Source of the DNA: Candidatus Firestoneibacteriota bacterium
GTDB taxonomy: Bacteria; Oederibacteriota; D2-FULL-39-29; JBBTED01
Assembly (NCBI GenBank): GCA_038042445.1
Contig: JBBTED010000147.1
Coordinates: 1-13,615 of the forward strand
DNA: 13,615 nucleotides
Direction of reading: 5' to 3'
This document shows, piece after piece, positions 6,561 to 13,615 of the stretch (position 1 is the first letter of the stretch; each line of letters starts with the position of its first letter). The notes beneath the pieces were generated by a model. It was not told where the DNA came from and made no database searches. It worked only from the letters and a program-made list of their open reading frames with translations. The position numbers and the translations under genes were made by a program.

Positions 6561-6613
6561 GTAGGGGCGGATTTATCCGCCCAATAATTAAGGGCTGGCA
6601 AGCCAGCCCCTAC
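6561..6613. repeat. REPIN-like inverted REP doublet, GTAGGGGC family (heterodimer)
   Basis: GTAG-GGGCGGA-TTTA-TCCGCCC, spacer AATAATTAA, then the reverse complement of GTAG-GGGCTGGC-TT-GCCAGCCC. Confidence 0.9.
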
Positions 6614-6640
6614 GAATATAAATAAGGAAGATTTTAAGTT

Positions 6641-7948
6641 TTAGTTTATTGCCAAAGTTGAGACACGAAAAACTCTTTCTGCTAATTCTGAAATTGATGT
6701 TTTACTTAATCCTTTTAGACTTGTTTTTAAACAATCATTTAACGGACGAATCCATTTCTCTGGAAGATGTTTTGCACCAAGATAAACTCCAAGAATTGAA
6801 CCAACAGTAGCTCCATTGCAGTCAGTATCATGACCCTGCATAACTGCAATTGTAATTCCAGACTCATAATCTCCATTTGAGGCAAGAAGAGCATTCACTA
6901 CATACGCCGCATTATTAATTGTATGTCCATCTTTATATTGAGACGTAGAAACTTTAATTTTGTCATACACAGCTTCCCAATTTCCAAGTGAACTATACCA
7001 AACCAGTGTTTTATTGACCAACTCAGCAAGCCGACTATTCTTTGGGACTTGTCCCAATCCATATTTTATAATATCTTCAATACTTTTAGCAGAAAATGCT
7101 GCAGCAACAAACATTTCACCATATATTCCATCAGCCGTATGGGAAAAAGCAGCATCACGAAAAGCATATTTGGCTGCAAGCTGTGGTTGTCCAGGACAAA
7201 CATATCCAAAAGTATCTGCACGAATTTGCGCACCTATTTCATCTCTAAAATGATTCAAGTATATAGGAACACGATCAATTGGTAACCCACAAAGAAAATT
7301 AATAAGTGCTGTGGTTTCAGCACCATACGTGCAACCTACAGGAAGATAAGATGCCCAAATGTTTCCCACATCTGCTATAGAAAAATTATGCCCTTTCTGC
7401 TCCAACAAAAGAAGATTCAAAACCGTATAATTTAAATCATCATCCTCCATCGCATAAGCAATATGTTCACGGCTACAAGGTTTTGTTACATGCGGATGAA
7501 TAGCAGGATTTTTCTCCAATGCTATATGATGAGCAATAGAAAAACTAATATAATCCTTGATTGGGAATTCCTTACCGAAGTATTTTTTAATTTCTGGAAG
7601 AGTCAAACCACACTCAAGTGGTTTACCAAGAATACACCCAGCTGCTCGTCCAAGCCATCCAGCAAAAATTTTATCTTTGACTTCTAATTCCTTAGGTAGA
7701 GATAAAGACAAAAGAGATTGCTTGGGAAAATCTTTTACAATAGACTTATAGTCTGACAAAGAAAAACACGGTGTCTTTGGTTCAGGAAGTTTTTGTAACA
7801 TCTCATATATTTTCAGCAAACCTTTTTCATCACCATTTAGTTTCTTTATTGCCTTCTGGTCAAGTTCTTTTGGAATAGTAAAATCATAACGTTTAAGAAA
7901 ATCAACTTCCCCTAAAACCAAAGATTCAAGTGAAAATTTAAATGACAT
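6641..7948 (-). CDS. ADP-ribosylglycohydrolase family protein
   Basis: GWLGRAAGCILGKPLE, EDDDLNYT, IGAQIRAD and GHDTDCNGATVGSILG metal-binding motifs; SD AGGAGG at 7960-7955. Confidence 0.9.
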   Translation of the reverse strand: MSFKFSLESLVLGEVDFLKRYDFTIPKELDQKAIKKLNGDEKGLLKIYEMLQKLPEPKTPCFSLSDYKSIVKDFPKQSLLSLSLPKELEVKDKIFAGWLGRAAGCILGKPLECGLTLPEIKKYFGKEFPIKDYISFSIAHHIALEKNPAIHPHVTKPCSREHIAYAMEDDDLNYTVLNLLLLEQKGHNFSIADVGNIWASYLPVGCTYGAETTALINFLCGLPIDRVPIYLNHFRDEIGAQIRADTFGYVCPGQPQLAAKYAFRDAAFSHTADGIYGEMFVAAAFSAKSIEDIIKYGLGQVPKNSRLAELVNKTLVWYSSLGNWEAVYDKIKVSTSQYKDGHTINNAAYVVNALLASNGDYESGITIAVMQGHDTDCNGATVGSILGVYLGAKHLPEKWIRPLNDCLKTSLKGLSKTSISELAERVFRVSTLAIN

Positions 7949-7970
7949 TTATTGCCTCCTATAACCCTCT

Positions 7971-8113
7971 TGTAACAGATTAGCCATTCTAAAAATATAC
8001 ATTGTTATTGTAGCTGCAGAGCAAAGCTCTGCTAAAAAACAGCAAAGCTTTCGCTTTGCGGCTACATAAACTATACAAAATTCATTAAATCTTAGAATGG
8101 CTAACCTATTACA
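7971..8113. mobile_element. MITE-like element with 22-bp terminal inverted repeats enclosing a REPIN
   Basis: TGTAACAGATTAGCCATTCTAA (7971-7992) versus the reverse complement of 8092-8113, TGTAATAGGTTAGCCATTCTAA (20/22); flanks AACCCTCT / CACCCTCT (7/8) may be a target-site duplication. Confidence 0.6.
8010..8065. repeat. REPIN-like inverted REP doublet, GTAGC(T/C)GCA family
   Basis: GTAGCT-GCAGAGC-AAA-GCTCTGC-TAAAAAACA-GCAAAGC-TTTC-GCTTTGC-GGCTAC. Confidence 0.88.
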
Positions 8114-8115
8114 CA

Positions 8116-8157
8116 CCCTCTTAATCCCCCTTTATTAAAGGGGGACTAAGGGGGATT
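8116..8157. repeat. C-run/G-run palindrome (CCCCCTT...AAGGGGG type)
   Basis: TCCCCCTTTA (8125-8134) / TAAAGGGGGA (8136-8145); a second arm AAGGGGGATT (8148-8157) can alternatively pair with AATCCCCCTT (8123-8132). Confidence 0.75.
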
Positions 8158-8169
8158 TTATATGTTCTT

Positions 8170-9264
8170 CTATTTTGAATAACTACCAAATTCTGCTGCT
8201 GCTTCTAACATTGCTACAATATTTTGCGGAGGAACATCTTCTGGCAAACTATGACAAGCTGCTAATATAAATCCACCGCCAGGAGACATTACTTTAATAA
8301 GGTTTTTTACAAATTCCCGGACTTCTTCAACAGTTCCATAAGGTAAAATATGTTGCAAATCTACTCCGCCATGAAATATAAGTGAATTGCCAAATTCTGC
8401 TTTAAGTTTTACAGGATCCATATCAACAGCAGTAGTCTGAAGTGGATTTATACCATCTACACCTGCCTCTATCAGTTGAGGTAATAAGCGATAGCTTGAA
8501 CCGCAAGAATGCAATACAATTTTTGCTTTAGTTAATTGCTTTATATAATCAAGAGCCTTTTTAAAGTATGGGAATATCTTTTCTTTATACATATCAGGTG
8601 ATAAAAACAGACCTTTTTGCGTTGCGATATCATCGCCTAATTGCAGCATTTGAATATATTCTCCAACTATTTCAAAACAATTTTGGCTAAACCCATTCGC
8701 TACTTCCAACCATTTTTCCAAAAAAGCATTTGTGAATTCTTCATCTATTGCTAATTTCACTAACCAATCATCATATCCACATATCAAACAACCAGCTTCA
8801 AAAGGGCCTAAAAATACTTCATTAGCAGCAATTGCAAAATCCGTAGTTTCATAAAGCCGAAGAACATGTTCTTTTAAACCTTTAGTTCTGCCTTCAGCAT
8901 TTGGATCAGGCCATGGGTATTTTTTTATATCATCAGGAGTTGCCCCTTTTAACGGTGCAAAACTTGTTTCAGCCCAACTGAATCCCCACTCGTTAATAGA
9001 ATTACCAGATGGAGTATACTTTTTTTGAAAATCTTTTGGCTGACGCAATCCAATTTGTTGAATATCGCAATTAAATTTTTTCTGGATACGAATATCAAAA
9101 TATGGAAAATCAGGGTCAACTAAATGGTCCAAACCTAAATAATTTTGAAGTTTTTCTAACACAACTGGCATAGCTGATGTAAGGCCTGTTCCTCCAAAAT
9201 CAATAGGAACACGATCAGCCTCCTGATGATTTAAAGTTTTTATAAGTCTTTCTCTTGATGTCAT
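8170..9264 (-). CDS. Uroporphyrinogen decarboxylase / MtaA-CmuA superfamily protein (not HemE)
   Basis: MTSRERL...DRVPIDFGG start, GDDIATQ, LHSCG (HxC zinc motif), FHGGVD, GGGFILAACH; lacks the HemE RQAGR motif. Confidence 0.88.
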   Translation of the reverse strand: MTSRERLIKTLNHQEADRVPIDFGGTGLTSAMPVVLEKLQNYLGLDHLVDPDFPYFDIRIQKKFNCDIQQIGLRQPKDFQKKYTPSGNSINEWGFSWAETSFAPLKGATPDDIKKYPWPDPNAEGRTKGLKEHVLRLYETTDFAIAANEVFLGPFEAGCLICGYDDWLVKLAIDEEFTNAFLEKWLEVANGFSQNCFEIVGEYIQMLQLGDDIATQKGLFLSPDMYKEKIFPYFKKALDYIKQLTKAKIVLHSCGSSYRLLPQLIEAGVDGINPLQTTAVDMDPVKLKAEFGNSLIFHGGVDLQHILPYGTVEEVREFVKNLIKVMSPGGGFILAACHSLPEDVPPQNIVAMLEAAAEFGSYSK

Positions 9265-9311
9265 AGTTTATTTCCCCCTTTGTTCGCAAAAATTTATCAA
9301 CTGTTTTTTTA

Positions 9312-9331
9312 GCCGATAAATCGGCAACTAC
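9312..9331 (-). repeat. Solo GTAG REP
   Basis: Minus strand GTAG-TT-GCCGA-TTTA-TCGGC; same TTTA loop as the REPs at 4368, 6561 and 11284. Confidence 0.75.
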
Positions 9332-9336
9332 AGTAA

Positions 9337-9366
9337 ATTTTACAAAAAAACTCCTGCCTTTGTCAA
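9337..9366 (-). promoter_or_regulatory. Sigma70-type promoter upstream of the URO-D-like gene
   Basis: TTGACA (9366-9361), 18-nt spacer, TAAAAT (9342-9337); same architecture as the tRNA promoter. Confidence 0.6.
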
Positions 9367-9367
9367 T

Positions 9368-11260
9368 TTATTTCAAAATAAGCCAACCCCAATCAGATGG
9401 ATTGTTGTAGTCTCCATTTTTTGCCCATCTAATATAACCTCTGTAGCCATATCCATCATTTACATTAACCATAACCCATAATCCAATAGTTGTTCCATAA
9501 TCCGGTTTTAAACCCAATATTTTCCATGGAACTTTGAATATATATTTATATGTATTATCCGAATTTTTTTCTATACTCAAGTTTGTATATTTCGCTGGAT
9601 TTTTAATTGTGTTATCCTTTGGTATTATGGTTTCTACGATTTCTGGGCCACTATTTGTTAATGCAATAATAAAATCCCAAATCTGACGGTTATTCCAGTT
9701 ATTTACACTACGAGAACAATATGGATCTATACCTATTTGAATACTATCACCCAGATAATCTGATGCACCATGAAAAGGCTGATAAAAATATTTATCTTGA
9801 ACTTGGATTGTAATTGTCAAATACTCATTATCCCAAAAAGTATTAAACACAGAATGGACATCATCATCTCTCAATTTATCTTTCAGGCAATAGTGTGTAA
9901 AAGCAACATCATCATTTGAAGCATTCAAAGAAGCAAGCAAAACAGGTAATATTTGTGTTATATTTAAACATAGCCTACCAGAAAAAGCACCTGTAATATT
10001 TATAAAATTATCTTTGCCATTTGAATGTAAAAGTGCAGTATCAAGAAATATCTGTTTTGTTTCTCCAATATTGATTTTATCCAGAAGATATTTGCCTTTT
10101 AACTGATGGACATCCCAGTCAAGTGTTAGATTTTCTATTTTATACTGAGAAATATTTTTTACAAAGAGAGAGAGAATAACCTGTCCTTTTTGTAAAACAG
10201 GATGTAATTTAACATCAATAATTGGTTCAATTTCAAGTAAATCTGCCACAATAAAACTTTGCTTTTCATTATCAATTTTTGCGAAAACAGGATTAAGAGA
10301 CGGAATAAAATTGTCTTTGCATAAATAAAAAGTTTTGTTTTGTGACTTTTCATTTACTTCAAGTAATTGCAATTGTGAATTTGCACACAACAATTTAGAT
10401 GAAGATAAATCTGGCTTCGTCATATCCTGTTTAAGCATAACATCAAAGTAAACACCATCACTTCTGATATGTTTTTTGTGTGATATTTCTACCATCTTAC
10501 GTTCAGACAATTGTTGTTGTGCCAAATCTTTGTATGTTTCATACAAGCTCAAAGCAGATTCTGGGCCATAAATCATATTCTTCCAATGTGCTACAGCAAG
10601 TTTTTCTACAAAAATGGCTTCTAAAATTGAAGGAACAGTAAATTCTTTAGAAAATACAGTCATAAAAACTTTACCAATATTTTCAGAGCGATGAGCATCA
10701 GAACCAACAGTAATCGGAAATACAATACCTTGAGACATTAGTTTTTGATAATATTCAATCACCGGAATATTAGCTATACTTTCATCACCTTCTTCATCTT
10801 TATTAGCAGTATAATTGATCAGTTCTATTCCATCTATCTCGCCAGATTCAACCATCTTATGAAACAAACCTGTATCCCAGAAACGTTCTCGTGTCCGCTT
10901 CCAACACGGATGAGATGCACATATATATCCTCCATAAGCACGAATTTTACGACAAAGTTCAGAAGTATCATCCAAATTCATAATATCCTGCATCAACCCA
11001 AAAACAAGAAGATGAAAACCACCTGAAGCTGTTACTTCATTACCCGGCACTATGAGAAATGGCAAATCTAATTTATTTATAATTTTCTGTGCATCTTTAG
11101 ACCCATTTGGAGTATCGTGATCAGACATTGAGATAAAATCAAGTCCTGCATTAACAGCCACAATAAGATCTTTCTCTAATAAATCTCCATCAGAATTATT
11201 GGAATGAATATGAAGATCCCCCTTTAGCATAAATCGTTTCTCTTTTTCCAGATATATCAT
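9368..11260 (-). CDS. PHP-family metallohydrolase with C-terminal CBM9-like (sugar-binding) domain
   Basis: GDLHIHSNNSDG, SDHD, GNEVT, HLLV, SHP and GSDAH PHP motifs. The C-terminal WDNEYLTITIQVQD, GDSIQIGIDP, YIFKVPWKILG, VNVNDG pattern is typical of CBM9-like/DOMON domains. No signal peptide evident. Confidence 0.82.
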   Translation of the reverse strand: MIYLEKEKRFMLKGDLHIHSNNSDGDLLEKDLIVAVNAGLDFISMSDHDTPNGSKDAQKIINKLDLPFLIVPGNEVTASGGFHLLVFGLMQDIMNLDDTSELCRKIRAYGGYICASHPCWKRTRERFWDTGLFHKMVESGEIDGIELINYTANKDEEGDESIANIPVIEYYQKLMSQGIVFPITVGSDAHRSENIGKVFMTVFSKEFTVPSILEAIFVEKLAVAHWKNMIYGPESALSLYETYKDLAQQQLSERKMVEISHKKHIRSDGVYFDVMLKQDMTKPDLSSSKLLCANSQLQLLEVNEKSQNKTFYLCKDNFIPSLNPVFAKIDNEKQSFIVADLLEIEPIIDVKLHPVLQKGQVILSLFVKNISQYKIENLTLDWDVHQLKGKYLLDKINIGETKQIFLDTALLHSNGKDNFINITGAFSGRLCLNITQILPVLLASLNASNDDVAFTHYCLKDKLRDDDVHSVFNTFWDNEYLTITIQVQDKYFYQPFHGASDYLGDSIQIGIDPYCSRSVNNWNNRQIWDFIIALTNSGPEIVETIIPKDNTIKNPAKYTNLSIEKNSDNTYKYIFKVPWKILGLKPDYGTTIGLWVMVNVNDGYGYRGYIRWAKNGDYNNPSDWGWLILK

Positions 11261-11283
11261 AACTTTATCTCTTACACATTATG

Positions 11284-11338
11284 GTAGTCGCAGGCTTTAG
11301 CCTGCGTTTTCTATCCGCAGGCTAAAGCCTGCGACTAC
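11284..11338. repeat. REPIN-like inverted REP doublet, GTAGTCGCA family, copy 2
   Basis: GTAGTCGCAGGCTTTAGCCTGCG-TTTTCTATC-CGCAGGCTAAAGCCTGCGACTAC, perfect 23-bp arms; supplies the TAG stop of the GH4 gene. Confidence 0.92.
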
Positions 11339-12711
11339 ATTTTACTTTTATACCCTTTAAGCCATTTTTTCTCTGCTTTAAACATTTCATTTACCATTTT
11401 CTTTATTTCATCTGGTGACAAAACTGCGCTTGTAAGTGGATCCATTAATATTGCGTGATATGCAAACTTCATATCTTTATTTAATGCTGCCTTCACCCCT
11501 AATTCCTGCACATTTATATTTGTCCTGTTTAATGCCGCACATATTTCCGGTAAATCGCCTACATAACACGGATGCACCCCTAATCTATCCACAAAACATG
11601 GAACTTCCACACAAGCATTCTGTTGCACATTAGTTATTAAACCTGTATTTCTCACATTTCCATTAAACCTGAAATATTTGTTTGTTACTGATGCATAAAT
11701 TATATCAGGCGCATATTCTATACTCTTTTCTGCAATTTTTATTGGATGTTTTGATCTAACCATTCGTTCAACATCTTTGTCATATTTTTTTCTAATACCT
11801 GCAATTGTCCGGTAATAATACATACTACTTCCTTTCCAATCTTCATCACCATCAAATTTTTTTATTATATCTTTCCTCTTCCTGAAATATGGAAGATATT
11901 CTGACAAATGACCACTTGTCTCTGTCATAAAGTATCCCGTAACCTTCATCATCTCTATACGGTATTTTTCATCAAACATTTCATACCATGGTGAAAATCC
12001 TCCTTTAAATTCTTTCTTCGCTTTTCTTATATCTTCTATTTTTGTCTCTTTTAATTTCTTCCAAATAAGCGGATACAAATCTTTGCCCTGATGTTCAAAT
12101 TTTAAAACCCATGCCATATGATTTATTCCAGCTATCCAGTAATCTATTTCTTCTTCTGGTATTTCAAGAAATGTTGCAAGTCTTCTGACTGTTCCCTTTA
12201 CTCCATGGCATATACCTACATATTTCATCTTTGTTGCCTCACCAATTGCCCATGTTACCATTGCCATAGGATTTACATAGTTTATAATTAAAGCATTCGG
12301 ACATAATTTTTCAGCCCGCTTACAAATATCAACCACTTGTGGAATCAAACGAAGTGCTTTAAATACTCCTCCAGGTCCTAATGTATCTCCAATTACCTGA
12401 TTAACCCCATATTTATACGGAATCAGATTGTCATACTTTATAGCTTCTACTGCCGGTGTATCTATCATAAGCACTACAAAATCAGCACCATCTAATGCAT
12501 TATCAAGATTATTTGTCTTTTCCAATTTTGCTGATAAATTATTATCCTCTATTGCTCTTTTTGTTAAACTAAAGGAATTCTCTAATTTTTTAAGATTTAT
12601 ATCCATAAGTGTAAATTTACAATTCTTAAGTTCTTCAAAACCCAAAACATCCATAATTATCTTCTGCGAAAATATTACACTGCCTGCCCCAACAATTGTT
12701 GTTTTAACCAT
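11335..12711 (-). CDS. melA: Family 4 glycoside hydrolase, alpha-galactosidase (MelA-like; NAD+/Mn2+-dependent)
   Basis: IVGAGSVIF Rossmann motif, GDTLGPGGVFKALR, INYVNPM, GICH, GINHMAW, TETSGHLSEYLPYFRK. The GH4 family call is secure; the exact substrate is not. Confidence 0.85.
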   Translation of the reverse strand: MVKTTIVGAGSVIFSQKIIMDVLGFEELKNCKFTLMDINLKKLENSFSLTKRAIEDNNLSAKLEKTNNLDNALDGADFVVLMIDTPAVEAIKYDNLIPYKYGVNQVIGDTLGPGGVFKALRLIPQVVDICKRAEKLCPNALIINYVNPMAMVTWAIGEATKMKYVGICHGVKGTVRRLATFLEIPEEEIDYWIAGINHMAWVLKFEHQGKDLYPLIWKKLKETKIEDIRKAKKEFKGGFSPWYEMFDEKYRIEMMKVTGYFMTETSGHLSEYLPYFRKRKDIIKKFDGDEDWKGSSMYYYRTIAGIRKKYDKDVERMVRSKHPIKIAEKSIEYAPDIIYASVTNKYFRFNGNVRNTGLITNVQQNACVEVPCFVDRLGVHPCYVGDLPEICAALNRTNINVQELGVKAALNKDMKFAYHAILMDPLTSAVLSPDEIKKMVNEMFKAEKKWLKGYKSKM

Positions 12712-13514
12712 TACCTTCTCCTCCTTCTAAAATCACAAATTCCACATTTACCTTTATCACACAACAAAAACTCTGGCTCATCTTTTATTTTATTTATTGC
12801 CAAATTTAACAGATCATCACTTTTAATTATCAAGGTTTTTGCATTTCCAACTTTTCCATATTGCAATTTGTTTTCTTTTAAAGCTACTGGCTCCAATTTA
12901 TAAAAACTTTCTGCACAACAAGGAGTTTCCTGCAAAAGCACTTTTATAATTTTATTACCTTTTTTTACTTTTGCATACGGACTTGACTTCTTATGTGCAG
13001 CAGGAAAATAAAATATGTCTTTATAAAAAACATTCCCCAATATTTCTGCAGTATGAATTAAAGAACAGCTTGTAAAAGAACAACCTATTAAAATAATATA
13101 TCCGCCCAATTTACTTGCTAAATGAAATGGAGAATTCTTACCTAATGCTGTTGAATCATTATGCGCTTCTATTAGAGATTCTTTATATTCTCCATAAACA
13201 GCAACTGAATGAGTAGGATGATTACTTCTTTCAACTTGTGGAAAATTCCTAAAAACTTCTGTTATTACACCTGTTTTTGAAGGTGTATTTTCTTTATCAA
13301 AAACATCTCCATCTTCTGCCCAAAAGTTATATGTAAAAGTAGGCATAAGAATAGTTCCTTCTATACCAACTGTATTAATTAATGCTTGGACTACAGTTTC
13401 TGCCCTTCCTTCTACATCACCAATACTTTTATAAGAACTATGAACTATTATTATTGAGCCTTTTTTCATGCCGATATTTCGCAAATTTTTTGTTAAATCA
13501 TTATAAGCAAACAT
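12711..13514 (-). CDS. AAC(3)/YokD-family N-acetyltransferase (Antibiotic_NAT fold)
   Basis: IIVHSSYKSIG, GTILMPTFTY, TGVITEVFR, RSNHPTHSVAVYG, IHTAE; Cys-rich C-terminus; TAATG overlap with the GH4 gene. Confidence 0.88.
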   Translation of the reverse strand: MFAYNDLTKNLRNIGMKKGSIIIVHSSYKSIGDVEGRAETVVQALINTVGIEGTILMPTFTYNFWAEDGDVFDKENTPSKTGVITEVFRNFPQVERSNHPTHSVAVYGEYKESLIEAHNDSTALGKNSPFHLASKLGGYIILIGCSFTSCSLIHTAEILGNVFYKDIFYFPAAHKKSSPYAKVKKGNKIIKVLLQETPCCAESFYKLEPVALKENKLQYGKVGNAKTLIIKSDDLLNLAINKIKDEPEFLLCDKGKCGICDFRRRRR

Positions 13515-13615
13515 ATCGTTTTTAGTTTAGGGTTTGGTTTATCAAGCCTGTGCATCGGGTCGGCCCAACTTGCGCACTTTTTAAAAAATAGCTTGAAATA
13601 TAAAGAGTTACAACT

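Noticed and set aside
6960..7751. Four short plus-strand ORFs
   Set aside because: All antisense within the ADP-ribosylglycohydrolase gene.
8170..9264. hemE assignment
   Set aside because: No RQAGR motif; it has the HxC zinc motif of the methyltransferase-like branch, and no heme genes are nearby.
10159..10353. Same-strand alternative-frame 64-aa ORF or programmed frameshift in the PHP gene
   Set aside because: The main frame is uninterrupted through to the CBM9-like domain; the short ORF has no SD or recognisable motif.
4368..11338. CRISPR array or integron attC cassettes as an explanation for the palindromes between genes
   Set aside because: Repeats are not regularly spaced with unique spacers, no cas or intI gene is present, and the ends are GTAG/CTAC rather than RYYYAAC/GTTRRRY.
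10745..12730. Plus-strand ORFs 10745-11026, 11436-11633 and 12428-12730
   Set aside because: Antisense shadows of well-supported genes.
12711..13514. Bona fide aminoglycoside resistance gene; functional poly-Arg tail
   Set aside because: The fold alone does not show resistance and the context is metabolic, not mobile. The RRRRR tail is explained by the embedded SD for the next gene.

Overview
AT-rich bacterial chromosomal window with every real gene on the minus strand. In transcription order (right to left) it holds three blocks. (1) An accessory enzyme cluster: AAC(3)/YokD-family acetyltransferase, GH4 alpha-galactosidase-like glycosidase, PHP hydrolase fused to a CBM9-like domain, URO-D/MtaA-like protein and ADP-ribosylglycohydrolase-family protein. 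(2) A self-promoted type IV minor pilin/pseudopilin trio (PilV/W/X- or GspI/J/K-like) followed by a TPR membrane protein; the PilV-like subunit appears to carry two nested carbohydrate-binding-type domains. (3) A core operon: tRNA-Ile2(CAU), rpsF, ssb, rpsR, rplI and dnaB (truncated by the window edge and missing from the ORF track). The most striking non-coding feature is that 9 of the 10 intergenic spacers longer than 25 bp contain a small palindromic or tandem repeat. These come from several unrelated families: at least five GTAG-REP/REPIN types, an ATTCCC..GGGAAT doublet, a CCCCCTT..AAGGGGG palindrome, heptamer repeats, and a MITE-like shell with a REPIN nested inside. Two repeats supply stop codons and two sit where a Shine-Dalgarno sequence would be. 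No transposase, integrase or CRISPR array is present. Protein family calls come from motif recognition by eye, not database searches.
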